A model generated the notes under the pieces. It worked only from the letters and a program-made list of their open reading frames with translations. It had not been told where the DNA came from and did no database searches. A DNA stretch of 39,656 nt from sequence record OZ035755.1; one strand, written 5' to 3'. Each line of letters begins with the position of its first letter. Position 1 is the first letter of the stretch. Source of the stretch: Kayfunavirus AN17P1. Position numbers and translations under genes: made by a program. This document shows, in pieces, positions 16,467-25,671 of the stretch.

Positions 16467-16630
16467 TGTTTAAGAAACTTAAAGCTCGATACCATCGGTT
16501 CATGTACAAATGGTGGAGCGATGAAGCAACCTGCCTGTCGAACATTCTGGGAGACCAGCGGTTCAACTCTGCGGCATGGAAGAAAGCTAACCGGAAGTTC
16601 ATGTATCACTTCTTGCGTACAGACTTCTAG

Positions 16631-16677
16631 GTCTAGACTCAAGGTCATTCACATCGAGTGGCCTTTATGATTAGACT
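16631..16677 (+). promoter_or_regulatory. Conserved stem-loop, putative RNase III site upstream of the DNA polymerase gene
   Basis: GTCTAGACTCAAGGTCATTCACATCGAGTGGCCTTTATGATTAGAC; third member of the family at 294-346 and 9451-9492. Confidence 0.4.
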
Positions 16678-16693
16678 AAACGGAGGATTAACC

Positions 16694-18865
16694 ATGTTTG
16701 ACCTTAAGAGTATCTGGGGTTCTGACATCGAGACCAACGGTCTCCTTGATACAGTCTCCAAGTTCCACTGTGGGGTCCTGATTAACGCCGAGTCGAATGA
16801 GACCCTTAAGTATGGGGTAGCTCCGATGGTCGGTATCGTCGGTGGCTTCAAAGAGTATGTACAGAAGGTGGAAGAAATTGCTGCAACGCCTACGGGTATG
16901 CTGGTCTTCCATAACGGTATCAACTATGACGTCCCGGCTATTGACAAGCTGAAGCGTTTGTACTTTGGGAAACGATTTAACTTCCCGAAACACAAGATGA
17001 TTGATACCTTGGTGCTGGGCCGCTTGATGTATCCAAACATTAAGTTCTCAGACATGGGCGCGGTGAAAGCTGGTCGTCTGCCCCATAAGATGATGGGACG
17101 CCAGTCTCTTGAGGCTTGGGGCTATCGTCTAGGTGAGATGAAGGGTGAGTACAAACACGATTACGTTGCCAAGTGCAAGGCTGAAGGTATCGAATATAAG
17201 GCTGGGGACGAATGGTTGTTCCCATCTCAGGAGATGCTAGACTATAACGTTCAAGACGTTGTGGTCACACTGGCGTTGTTCAAGAAGTTCCTGACTGACA
17301 AGTATTACTTCCAGTCTGAACAGCTCGCTTTCGACCAGATTTATGCGTTGCGTCTGGAACATGATGCTGCGTGGACCTGTGCGAAGATGGAACGTAACGG
17401 ATATCCGATGAACACCGAGATGGTCGAAGGATTATATCGTGAACTCACCGTCAAACGTGCAGAGTTGTTGGACAAGCTGCGTTCGACTTTCGGTAGCTGG
17501 TACGCACCAAAGGGAGGCAAGGAGTTCTTCAAGCACCCACGGACAGGCAAGGACCTTCAGAAGTATCCGCGAGTCGTGTATCCTAAGGTCGGGTCAGTAT
17601 TCAAGAAGCCGAAGAACAAAGCTCAACGCTTAGGTATTGAACCTTGTGAACGCGATACGCGAGACACGATGGAAGGAGCACCGTTCACGCCAATCACTTA
17701 CGTTGAGTTTAATCCGGGAAGCGGAGACCACTTAGCGAAAGTCTTGATGGAGCGTGGTTGGGAGCCTGTGGACTTCACTGACACTGGGAAACCTGTAGTT
17801 GATGACGAGACGTTAGAACACGTTAAGTTACCAGACGCAGAGGCTCAGGCTTGCGTAGAGCTGGTCCGTGAGTATCTGGTAGTCCAGAAGAGAATCGGGC
17901 AGGCTGCTGAAGGTAAGAACGCATGGTTGAAACTTGTAGGTCCAGACGGACGTATGCACGGTTCAATCAACCCTTGTGGAGCAGTAACAGGACGTGCGAC
18001 CCATAGTTCACCAAACATGGCTCAGGTCCCGGCTAACGGTGCTCCGTATGGTGAGACTTGCCGTGGTGCTTTCGGTGCAGCGTGGAACAAGAAGGACGGT
18101 AAGCCAGACCCTTGGATTCAAGTAGGCGTGGATGCTTCAGGTCTTGAGCTTCGTTGTCTGGGGAACCGAGCGGCTCCGTTTGATGGTGGAGATTATGCGA
18201 AGACTGTGGTCGAAGGTGACATACACTGGGCAAACGCAGTCAACGCTGGGTTAGCACCTAACGTCCCACGCGACAAGTCGAGCCATGACCACGATGCTTT
18301 CCGTAATAACGCCAAGACGTTCATCTATGCGTTCCTGTATGGTGCAGGGGCCGCGAAGATTGGACTGATAGTTGGTGGTGGTAAGAAGGAAGGTGCGGCC
18401 CTGATGAAGAAATTCATTGAGGGTACACCAGCTATCAAGGACCTGCGAGAGGCTGTGCAGAACACGCTCATCTCAGAGTCGAAGTGGGTAGATGGTGAGA
18501 ACATCGTGAAGTGGAAACGTCGCTGGCTGAAAGGTCTGGATGGTCGCAGAATTCACATCCGGTCACCACACTCAGCACTTAACGCCCTACTTCAGGGTGA
18601 TGGTGCGGTTGTCTGTAAGCACTGGATGGTACTGACTGAGAAGAAACTTGAAGAGGCTGGTTACGGTAACGGATGGGACGGTGACTTTGCGCTAATGGCT
18701 TGGATTCACGATGAATTGCAGATAGCGTGCCGTACTCAGGAGATAGCAGAAGATGTCGTCCGTATTGCTCAAGAGGCGATGCGCGAGGTCGGACGCTTCT
18801 ATAACTTCAAGTGTGAACTTGATACGGAGGGTAAGATTGGACCAACGTGGAAAGAGTGTCATTGA
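16694..18865 (+). CDS. gene 5: DNA polymerase (T7 gp5 homolog), 723 aa
   Basis: Start MFDLKS... with SD ACGGAGG; collinear T7 gp5 motifs as I recall them (DIETNGLLDTVSKFHCGV, NVQDVVVT exonuclease site, AKTFIYAFLYGAG, HDELQIACR). Confidence 0.96.
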   Translation: MFDLKSIWGSDIETNGLLDTVSKFHCGVLINAESNETLKYGVAPMVGIVGGFKEYVQKVEEIAATPTGMLVFHNGINYDVPAIDKLKRLYFGKRFNFPKHKMIDTLVLGRLMYPNIKFSDMGAVKAGRLPHKMMGRQSLEAWGYRLGEMKGEYKHDYVAKCKAEGIEYKAGDEWLFPSQEMLDYNVQDVVVTLALFKKFLTDKYYFQSEQLAFDQIYALRLEHDAAWTCAKMERNGYPMNTEMVEGLYRELTVKRAELLDKLRSTFGSWYAPKGGKEFFKHPRTGKDLQKYPRVVYPKVGSVFKKPKNKAQRLGIEPCERDTRDTMEGAPFTPITYVEFNPGSGDHLAKVLMERGWEPVDFTDTGKPVVDDETLEHVKLPDAEAQACVELVREYLVVQKRIGQAAEGKNAWLKLVGPDGRMHGSINPCGAVTGRATHSSPNMAQVPANGAPYGETCRGAFGAAWNKKDGKPDPWIQVGVDASGLELRCLGNRAAPFDGGDYAKTVVEGDIHWANAVNAGLAPNVPRDKSSHDHDAFRNNAKTFIYAFLYGAGAAKIGLIVGGGKKEGAALMKKFIEGTPAIKDLREAVQNTLISESKWVDGENIVKWKRRWLKGLDGRRIHIRSPHSALNALLQGDGAVVCKHWMVLTEKKLEEAGYGNGWDGDFALMAWIHDELQIACRTQEIAEDVVRIAQEAMREVGRFYNFKCELDTEGKIGPTWKECH

Positions 18866-18896
18866 CCATCGAACCCAGACCCTACGCTTCCATACC

Positions 18897-19172
18897 ATGC
18901 CTACCGGATGTATCGTCTGCGTGTCCCACAAGAGGAACCAAGATGGGTACTTCCGGTACTCCATGGGAAGCTACAGGAAGGGCAACAAGTTCGCCTTCAT
19001 GTTCCACCGATGGGTGTGGGAGCAGAAGCGCGGACCTATACCAAATGGCTACGAGATAGACCATTTATGCTTGAACCGTGGGTGCTGCAGCATAGAGCAT
19101 CTACAGTGTATTCCAAAACGCGAACACGTCATTAAGACGAACCGTGAGCGCAAACTTGTTAAGAAGGAGTAA
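18897..19172 (+). CDS. HNH endonuclease, 91 aa from ATG 18897
   Basis: HRWVWEQKRGPIPNGYEIDHLCLNRGCCSIEHLQCIPKREH is an HNH motif with Cys zinc ligands; the in-frame ORF opens at 18753 inside the polymerase gene, so the start is uncertain and no clear SD precedes 18897. Confidence 0.65.
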   Translation: MPTGCIVCVSHKRNQDGYFRYSMGSYRKGNKFAFMFHRWVWEQKRGPIPNGYEIDHLCLNRGCCSIEHLQCIPKREHVIKTNRERKLVKKE

Positions 19173-19177
19173 CCACA

Positions 19178-19462
19178 ATGGCTATGACCAAACGTATGCG
19201 AGTAAGTTTTGACCTGAAGATGGTTGTTAGCTCAAAGGAAGAAGAGACCATGTGTTGCCAACTAGCTGAGATTACTAAAGCCTACGCTGGTGGTGAGAAG
19301 CTGGACGGACTTCAGTTGGCTATGGTCAAAGCAGCTATTGAGTTAGGACCTGAGTCTGCTCTTGAGCTGGCACTGAAGAAGGCCCTCAAGGAGGTGATTG
19401 TGGAGGGGTTCGATGGAGACCAGTTCAATGTCTCCAACTTCCGCTTCGAGGTGAAACGATGA
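19178..19462 (+). CDS. gene 5.5: gp5.5 homolog (H-NS-binding protein family), 94 aa
   Basis: N-terminus MAMTKRMRVSFD versus T7 gp5.5 MAMTKKFKVSFD as I recall it; SD AAGGAG. Confidence 0.8.
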   Translation: MAMTKRMRVSFDLKMVVSSKEEETMCCQLAEITKAYAGGEKLDGLQLAMVKAAIELGPESALELALKKALKEVIVEGFDGDQFNVSNFRFEVKR

Positions 19463-19668
19463 GTGAATACTTACGGGTCCTAGCGGCCATTAAGTCCTGC
19501 CCGAAGACCTTCCAGTCCAACTATGTGCGCAACAACGCTGCACTTGTGGCTGAGGCTGCGAGTCGTGGACATCTAAGCTGCCTGTCTATGGATGGGCGTA
19601 ACAACGGTGCGTGGGAGATTACAGCTGCTGGCACCAAATTCCTGAACCAACACGGAGGATGCCTGTGA
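19459..19668 (+). CDS. gene 5.7: gp5.7 homolog, 69 aa
   Basis: MSEYLRVLAAIKSCPKTFQSNYVRNNAALVAEAASRGHLSCL... is near-identical to T7 gp5.7 (MSDYLKVLQAIKSCPKTFQSNYVRNNASLVAEAASRGH...) as I recall it. Confidence 0.88.
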   Translation: MSEYLRVLAAIKSCPKTFQSNYVRNNAALVAEAASRGHLSCLSMDGRNNGAWEITAAGTKFLNQHGGCL

Positions 19669-20531
19669 GCGAAAAGAAAATAGCTCTGGTGCTAGACGGT
19701 GACTACTTAGTGTTCTCTTCTATGGCTGCTGCCGAGGACGAGACAGACTGGGGTGATGGCATATGGACCCTTATCTGCGACCATGAGAAGGCTCGTCGTA
19801 TCCTTGAGAACACCATCGCTGAAATCGTTAAGAAGCGTAAGGCGTGGAAAGACGCTAAGATTGTGATGTGCTTTACTGACGATAACAACTGGCGTAAGGA
19901 CGTGCTACCTACCTATAAGGCCAATCGTAAAGGTTCCCGCAAGCCTGTAGGTTACAAGAAGTTCGTAGCCGAAGTGATGGCTGACCCACGGTTCAACAGC
20001 TTCCTGCGTCCTACGCTTGAGGGCGATGACTGTATGGGTATCATCGGGACCAGACCTCAGATTGTTGGATGTGACCATGCGGTTCTGGTGTCCTGTGATA
20101 AGGACTTCAAGACCATCCCGAACTGCGAGTTCTTCTGGTTAACCACTGGTGAAATACTAAGTCATACGACTGCTGAGGCAGACTACTGGCACATGGAGCA
20201 GACCATCAAGGGTGACACTACAGATGGTTATGGCGGGATTCCTGGGATGGGTGAGGACACCACTCGTGCGTTCCTTGACGAGCCGTACTACTTCGTGCAG
20301 GAGAGCCGTGAGCTTAAGACTGGCAAGAACAAAGGCCAGATTAAGACTGAGTGGAAGAAGTACCCTAAGCGTGAAGACATGACGCTGTGGGACTGCATGG
20401 TGACTCTGGCTGCTAAAGCTGGGATGACCGAGGAGGAACTTCTGGTCCAAGCTCAGGTAGCTCGTATTTGCCGAGCCTCTGACTATGACCCTAAGTCAAA
20501 GGAGGTCATCCTATGGACACCATCCATGTAA
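19665..20531 (+). CDS. gene 6: 5'-3' exonuclease (T7 gp6 homolog), about 288 aa
   Basis: VLDGDYLVF, CFTDDNNWRK, YKANRK, CDKDFKTIPNCEFFW, IKGDTTDGYGGIPG match T7 gp6 as I recall it; start taken as GTG 19665 (SD GGAGGA, 6-nt spacer); ATG 19659 is an alternative. Confidence 0.9.
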   Translation: MSEKKIALVLDGDYLVFSSMAAAEDETDWGDGIWTLICDHEKARRILENTIAEIVKKRKAWKDAKIVMCFTDDNNWRKDVLPTYKANRKGSRKPVGYKKFVAEVMADPRFNSFLRPTLEGDDCMGIIGTRPQIVGCDHAVLVSCDKDFKTIPNCEFFWLTTGEILSHTTAEADYWHMEQTIKGDTTDGYGGIPGMGEDTTRAFLDEPYYFVQESRELKTGKNKGQIKTEWKKYPKREDMTLWDCMVTLAAKAGMTEEELLVQAQVARICRASDYDPKSKEVILWTPSM

Positions 20532-20605
20532 TATACTGGGCCGGACTTCTGGCCCTTTACTGCATGTACAAGTGGTTCGGGTCGAACAACCGCCCCAAAC
20601 ACTGA
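20513..20605 (+). CDS. Small hydrophobic protein, 30 aa (gene 6.3 position)
   Basis: Strong SD AAAGGAGG before ATG; MDTIHVIYWAGLLALYCMYKWFGSNNRPKH; overlaps the exonuclease 3' end. Confidence 0.4.
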   Translation: MDTIHVIYWAGLLALYCMYKWFGSNNRPKH

Positions 20606-20657
20606 GTCTAACAGATAGTCATATCCTATCAATCCAATAGTCATCCATAGGTGAAAC

Positions 20658-20681
20658 ACTAAACTATCACTATAGGGACTT
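20658..20681 (+). promoter_or_regulatory. Phage RNAP promoter (phi6.5-like)
   Basis: CACTAAACTATCACTATAGGGACT; consensus match. Confidence 0.8.
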
Positions 20682-20741
20682 TAGGACCTAAGATATGACT
20701 ATAAGATAGACTTTAGTCTTAACTTAAAGAGGAGATTCAAG

Positions 20742-21014
20742 ATGGCGATTAATGCTATTGAAAACGTTGTTAAGCAGTTACAGGAAGAAAGACTCGATGT
20801 CCCGAACATCTCCCAGTCTGCCATCCAGTTCATGCACGTATTGTTTAACGCAAGCTACGCTGAGAAGATGGGAGCTATCAGTCTCCTCAAGCAGCAAGGC
20901 TACAGCGATGCGTTCATTGCCGGATTCATCAAGGGTCTCCAGTATTGTTCTGACACTCTCGACTCTGCGATTGCTATGCGTCGTGAGCTGAAAGATACCG
21001 TTCAGTTCGATTAA
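20742..21014 (+). CDS. gene 6.5: gp6.5-position protein, 90 aa
   Basis: SD AAAGAGGAG; position after the phi6.5-like promoter. Confidence 0.55.
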   Translation: MAINAIENVVKQLQEERLDVPNISQSAIQFMHVLFNASYAEKMGAISLLKQQGYSDAFIAGFIKGLQYCSDTLDSAIAMRRELKDTVQFD

Positions 21015-21028
21015 CTGTAGGAGGGACT

Positions 21029-21253
21029 ATGTGTTTCAGTCCAAAGATTAGCACTCCGAAGCCTTCGGTCCAAGCACCTGAACCAGCACCTCTGAGTGAG
21101 GAAGTTGCGTCAGTTGACATCGGGGCTGAATCGGATGTGGACACAAACGAGACCAAAGGTATCAAAGACCTTAAGGTTAAGAAGGAGTCTGCACCTAAAG
21201 ATAAATCGTCAGTGAGCCGCGCTATGCGAGCCTCTGGCGTAAACATGGGGTAA
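21029..21253 (+). CDS. gene 6.7: gp6.7 homolog (small virion-associated protein), 74 aa
   Basis: N-terminus MCFSPKISTPK...EPAPLSEEV matches T7 gp6.7 MCFSPKIKTPK...EPAPLTQEV as I recall it. Confidence 0.75.
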   Translation: MCFSPKISTPKPSVQAPEPAPLSEEVASVDIGAESDVDTNETKGIKDLKVKKESAPKDKSSVSRAMRASGVNMG

Positions 21254-21257
21254 GACA

Positions 21258-21662
21258 ATGCTACCATATCTCAACTCACGCGAAGGTCGCCACATGTGCG
21301 CCTGTCGCCTCTGGGAAGACGGGCAGTCTAACTTCAAGTCATTCGAGGACTTCAAGGCTCATACCTACCGTATGGCTGACGAGTTCGAAGGTGAAGAGTA
21401 CACAATCTACGATGTCTCAGGTCAACCAGTAGCGTATCTCTACATGCTGGCTACCGCATCTTGGCACCGACCGACTCCCGGTCTTGACCTTTCAATCGTC
21501 GCTATTCGTCGTGACTCGCAGTCCTCCCGCAAGGTTCTTGAGACTGTCAGGCACATCATAGATGAAGAGTGCAAGCGTTGGGGTCTTGGCTGGTATTCTC
21601 GTGTCAAGCATGTTTCCGGGTCGGTAGACATCGTAACAACTAAGGAGATTAACCGTGGGTAA
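21258..21662 (+). CDS. gene 7: gp7-position protein, 134 aa
   Basis: Position between 6.7 and 7.3; size matches T7 gp7 (133 aa). Confidence 0.55.
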   Translation: MLPYLNSREGRHMCACRLWEDGQSNFKSFEDFKAHTYRMADEFEGEEYTIYDVSGQPVAYLYMLATASWHRPTPGLDLSIVAIRRDSQSSRKVLETVRHIIDEECKRWGLGWYSRVKHVSGSVDIVTTKEINRG

Positions 21663-21906
21663 ATCAATCAGTAAGGCTTTCAAGAAAGTGGTGAACAGTG
21701 CGCTAGGGACCGTTGGTCTCGGCAAGGACGATGCACCTAAGGTTGTTGAGGCTCCGACCCCAGCAGCAGCACCAGTGGAAGTCCCGAACGACAAAGTGGA
21801 GGATGTGGATACTGAATCAACCGCATCTGACGAGAAGAAAGTGAAGCGTTCCGGTAAGCGTAGCCTTCAGGTCTCTCGCACCTCTGGTGGCGGTATTTCT
21901 ATTTAA
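21655..21906 (+). CDS. gene 7.3: gp7.3 homolog (tail-associated protein), 83 aa
   Basis: Start MGK..., Ala/Pro/Val-rich middle and C-terminal ...KRSLQVSRTSGGGISI resemble T7 gp7.3 (...KKSLSVARSSGGGINI) as I recall it. Confidence 0.7.
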   Translation: MGKSISKAFKKVVNSALGTVGLGKDDAPKVVEAPTPAAAPVEVPNDKVEDVDTESTASDEKKVKRSGKRSLQVSRTSGGGISI

Positions 21907-21917
21907 GGAGGTGACGA

Positions 21918-23486
21918 ATGGCTGAACGTGAAGGGTTCGCTGCTGAAGGAGCCAAAGCGGTCTATGACCGACTGAAGAACGGTAGACAGCCATATGAGAC
22001 ACGCGCTCAGAACTGTGCTGCTGTCACTATCCCGTCACTGTTTCCTAAGGAGTCAGACAACTCATCTACTGAGTATACCACTCCGTGGCAATCCGTAGGT
22101 GCTCGCTGCTTGAACAACTTGGCTGCAAAGCTGATGTTGGCGTTATTCCCTCAGTCACCATGGATGAGACTGACAGTCTCCGAATATGAGGCAAAGACCT
22201 TGAGTCAGGACTCAGAGGCCGCTGCTCGTGTTGACGAAGGGCTGGCTATGGTCGAGCGGGTGTTGATGGCCTACATGGAGACTAACAGTTTCCGTGTCCC
22301 ATTGTTCGAGGCCTTGAAGCAGCTTATCGTCTCCGGTAACTGTCTGCTCTACATCCCTCCTCCAGAACAAGGAACCTACAGTCCTATGCGGATGTACCGC
22401 TTAGTGTCTTACGTTGTTCAACGTGATGCGTTCGGTAACATCTTGCAGATTGTGACTCTCGACAAGGTAGCGTTTAGTGCTCTACCTGAAGACGTGAAGT
22501 CTCAACTCAATGCAGACGACTATGAGCCTGACACCGAGCTGGAAGTGTATACGCACATCTACCGTCAGGACGACGAGTATCTGCGCTACGAGGAAGTGGA
22601 AGGAATTGAGGTAACAGGTACCGATGGTTCATATCCTCTGACCGCATGTCCATACATCCCGGTACGAATGGTTCGACTGGACGGTGAAGACTACGGTCGT
22701 TCTTACTGCGAGGAGTATCTGGGAGACCTGAACTCGCTGGAGACGATTACAGAAGCTATCACCAAAATGGCTAAGGTAGCCTCCAAGGTGGTGGGCCTCG
22801 TTAACCCGAACGGCATCACGCAACCTCGACGTCTGAACAAGGCGGCTACAGGTGAGTTCGTGGCTGGTCGCGTTGAGGACATCAACTTCCTGCAACTGAC
22901 GAAAGGTCAGGACTTTACGATTGCCAAGTCGGTGGCTGACGCTATCGAGCAACGTTTAGGCTGGGCCTTCCTTCTTAATAGTGCTGTTCAGCGTAATGCC
23001 GAGCGAGTCACTGCTGAAGAGATTCGTTATGTTGCTGGAGAACTGGAGGCGACCTTAGGTGGCGTGTACTCAGTGCAGTCACAGGAGCTTCAGTTGCCTA
23101 TCGTCCGTGTGCTGATGAACCAGCTTCAGTCTGCTGGCATGATTCCTGACCTTCCGAAAGAAGCGGTAGAACCTACTGTCTCCACTGGTCTGGAAGCGTT
23201 AGGTCGTGGTCAAGACTTAGAGAAGCTGACTCAGGCAGTCAACATGATGACCGGGCTACAGCCTCTGCAACAGGACCCAGACATTAACTTGCCTACCCTG
23301 AAGCTGCGACTGCTGAATGCCTTAGGTATTGACACTGCTGGCTTGCTGCTGACCCAGGACGAGAAGTTGCAACGTATGGCTGAACAATCCGCTCAAGGAG
23401 CTGTGGTCAACGGTGCGTCTGCTGCTGGTGCTAACATGGGAGCTACTGTTGGACAAGTAGCTGGTGAGGACGTGGCTCAAGCCTAA
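21918..23486 (+). CDS. gene 8: Portal (head-tail connector) protein (T7 gp8 homolog), 522 aa
   Basis: Extensive collinear similarity to T7 gp8 as I recall it (YETRAQNCA, YRLVSYVVQRDAFGN, VRMVRLDGEDYGRSY, GLVNPNGITQPRRL, AEEIRYVA). Confidence 0.96.
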   Translation: MAEREGFAAEGAKAVYDRLKNGRQPYETRAQNCAAVTIPSLFPKESDNSSTEYTTPWQSVGARCLNNLAAKLMLALFPQSPWMRLTVSEYEAKTLSQDSEAAARVDEGLAMVERVLMAYMETNSFRVPLFEALKQLIVSGNCLLYIPPPEQGTYSPMRMYRLVSYVVQRDAFGNILQIVTLDKVAFSALPEDVKSQLNADDYEPDTELEVYTHIYRQDDEYLRYEEVEGIEVTGTDGSYPLTACPYIPVRMVRLDGEDYGRSYCEEYLGDLNSLETITEAITKMAKVASKVVGLVNPNGITQPRRLNKAATGEFVAGRVEDINFLQLTKGQDFTIAKSVADAIEQRLGWAFLLNSAVQRNAERVTAEEIRYVAGELEATLGGVYSVQSQELQLPIVRVLMNQLQSAGMIPDLPKEAVEPTVSTGLEALGRGQDLEKLTQAVNMMTGLQPLQQDPDINLPTLKLRLLNALGIDTAGLLLTQDEKLQRMAEQSAQGAVVNGASAAGANMGATVGQVAGEDVAQA

Positions 23487-23505
23487 ACTATCACTATAGG
23501 AACAC
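23482..23505 (+). promoter_or_regulatory. Phage RNAP promoter (phi9-like)
   Basis: CCTAAACTATCACTATAGGAACA; overlaps the portal stop codon. Confidence 0.75.
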
Positions 23506-23601
23506 CGAAAGTAAGAGCGACTAAGCAGACCATATGGTAGCCGTTAGTTACACACTGCAAGTAGGTGTTTACCTATTAACGACTTAAAGGAGAACGACTC
23601 A

Positions 23602-24489
23602 ATGTCTCAATCAGTTTATGCCGAGTTCGGCGTTAGCTCTAATGCAATCACTGGTTCCGTTGAGGACCTGAACGAACACCAAAAGTCTATGCTTGAACAG
23701 GACGTAGCTGTTCGTGATGGTGACGACGCTATTACCTTCAAGCAACTGGAAGCCGAAAACGAAGAGGCTACCGAAGAAGACGAGAACGTCGAAGAGGCTG
23801 AAGGTGAAGAAGAAGACCACGAGTCCGATGACGAAGAGTCTGAGACCGATGGTGAGCAGCCTGAGTTCATTGAACTGGGTGATGCACCGAAAGAGCTGAC
23901 CGAAAGTGTCACCGCTCTGGATGAAAACGAAGCTGCATTCGACGACATGGTGTCTTCTGCTGTGGAAGCTGGCAAGGTCACTGCTGATGAAATTACCGCT
24001 ATCAAGGCTGAATACGCCAAGGACGGTAAGCTGTCTGACGCATCCTACGCTAAGTTGCAGGAAGCAGGTTACACCAAGCGTTTCGTAGATTCGTTTGTCC
24101 GTGGTCAGGAAGCTCTGGCTGAACAGTATGCTGCTGGAGTGGTTCGCTACGCTGGTGGAGCTGAACAGTTTAACCGCATTCTGTCTCACCTTGAGTCAAC
24201 CGACCCGTCAACTCGTGAGGCACTGGAAGCTGCTATCGTTCGTAAGGACATTTCGACTACCAAAGCTCTGCTGAATCTGGCTGGCAAGACTCTTGGTAAA
24301 GCTGTAGGAGTTAAACCTCAGCGTACCATCACCACTCAGGCTAAACCTGTGGTAGCACCTAAGGCTCCTAAGACCGAAGCATTCAGCTCTAAGGCTGACA
24401 TGATTAAGGCTATGAGTGACCCGCGATACCTGCGTGACGCTAAGTACACGATGGAAGTGCGCGCTAAGGTAGCTGCATCGAGCCTGTAG
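23602..24489 (+). CDS. gene 9: Capsid assembly (scaffolding) protein (T7 gp9 homolog), 295 aa
   Basis: Highly acidic Glu/Asp-rich protein between portal and major capsid; strong SD AAAGGAG. Confidence 0.85.
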   Translation: MSQSVYAEFGVSSNAITGSVEDLNEHQKSMLEQDVAVRDGDDAITFKQLEAENEEATEEDENVEEAEGEEEDHESDDEESETDGEQPEFIELGDAPKELTESVTALDENEAAFDDMVSSAVEAGKVTADEITAIKAEYAKDGKLSDASYAKLQEAGYTKRFVDSFVRGQEALAEQYAAGVVRYAGGAEQFNRILSHLESTDPSTREALEAAIVRKDISTTKALLNLAGKTLGKAVGVKPQRTITTQAKPVVAPKAPKTEAFSSKADMIKAMSDPRYLRDAKYTMEVRAKVAASSL

Positions 24490-24490
24490 G

Positions 24491-24514
24491 ACTAAACTAT
24501 CACTATAGGGAGAC
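24491..24514 (+). promoter_or_regulatory. Phage RNAP promoter (phi10-like), best consensus match
   Basis: ACTAAACTATCACTATAGGGAGACC; only copy with the full TATAGGGAGA initiation region; about 100 nt before the capsid gene. Confidence 0.85.
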
Positions 24515-24615
24515 CAAGAGACAGACTCAAGGTTTCCATATTACTTCAGTCCATACGGATTGGGCGTACAGTAAGTAATAAACTTTATATTTCAATTGAA
24601 TAGGAGAATTATCAT

Positions 24616-25671
24616 ATGGTAAACGTTCCGGGTCAGAAAATTGGTACAGACCAAGGTAAAGGCAAAGGCAAATCTGGTTCCGACGCTCTGGCGTTGTTCC
24701 TTAAGGTATTTGCTGGTGAAGTACTGACCGCATTCACTCGCCGCTCTGTAACTGCCGACAAGCATATTGTCCGTACCATTCAGAACGGTAAGTCTGCTCA
24801 GTTCCCGGTCATGGGTCGCACCTCTGGTGTGTATCTGGCTCCGGGTGAGCGACTGTCCGATAAGCGTAAAGGCATCAAACACACCGAGAAAGTGATTACC
24901 ATTGATGGTCTGCTGACTGCCGATGTGATGATTTTCGACATTGAAGACGCGATGAACCACTATGACGTGGCTGGCGAGTATTCCAACCAGCTAGGCGAAG
25001 CGCTGGCTATCGCTGCTGATGGTGCTGTTCTGGCTGAAATGGCTATCCTGTGTAACCTACCTGCAGCTTCCAACGAGAACATCGCTGGTCTAGGCACTGC
25101 GTCCGTACTGGAAGTTGGTGCCAAGGCTGACCTGAACACCCCTGCTAAACTGGGTGAAGCAATCATCGGTCAACTTACCATCGCTCGTGCGAAGCTGACC
25201 TCCAACTACGTACCTGCTGGCGACCGTTACTTCTACACCACGCCTGACAACTACTCTGCGATTCTGGCCGCTTTGATGCCTAACGCTGCTAACTACGCTG
25301 CTCTGATTGACCCTGAGACGGGCAACATCCGTAACGTAATGGGCTTCGTTGTTGTTGAGGTTCCGCACCTGACTCAGGGTGGTGCTGGTGAGACTCGTGG
25401 TGACGATGGTATCACTATCGCTTCCGGTCAGAAACACGCATTCCCAGCGACTTCTAGCGATACCGTTAAGGTTGCTCTGGACAACGTTGTGGGTCTGTTC
25501 TCTCACCGTTCTGCGGTGGGTACCGTTAAACTGCGTGACTTGGCGCTGGAACGTGACCGTGACGTCGATGCTCAGGGCGACCTGATTGTTGGTAAGTACG
25601 CTATGGGTCACGGTGGTCTGCGTCCTGAAGCAGCGGGAGCACTGGTTTTCACAGCAGCGTCAGCGGATTAA
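24616..25671 (+). CDS. gene 10: Major capsid protein 10A (T7 gp10A homolog), 351 aa
   Basis: Near-collinear identity blocks with T7 gp10A as I recall it (LALFLKVFAGEVLTAF, HTEKVITIDGLLTADV, AILAALMPNAANYAALIDPE, HRSAVGTVKLRDLALER, KYAMGHGGLRPEAAGA). Confidence 0.97.
   Translation: MVNVPGQKIGTDQGKGKGKSGSDALALFLKVFAGEVLTAFTRRSVTADKHIVRTIQNGKSAQFPVMGRTSGVYLAPGERLSDKRKGIKHTEKVITIDGLLTADVMIFDIEDAMNHYDVAGEYSNQLGEALAIAADGAVLAEMAILCNLPAASNENIAGLGTASVLEVGAKADLNTPAKLGEAIIGQLTIARAKLTSNYVPAGDRYFYTTPDNYSAILAALMPNAANYAALIDPETGNIRNVMGFVVVEVPHLTQGGAGETRGDDGITIASGQKHAFPATSSDTVKVALDNVVGLFSHRSAVGTVKLRDLALERDRDVDAQGDLIVGKYAMGHGGLRPEAAGALVFTAASAD

Noticed and set aside
16658-16693. Upstream extension of the DNA polymerase ORF (track start 16658)
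   Set aside because: The ATG at 16694 has a strong SD and aligns with the T7 gp5 N-terminus; the upstream codons overlap the putative RNase III hairpin.
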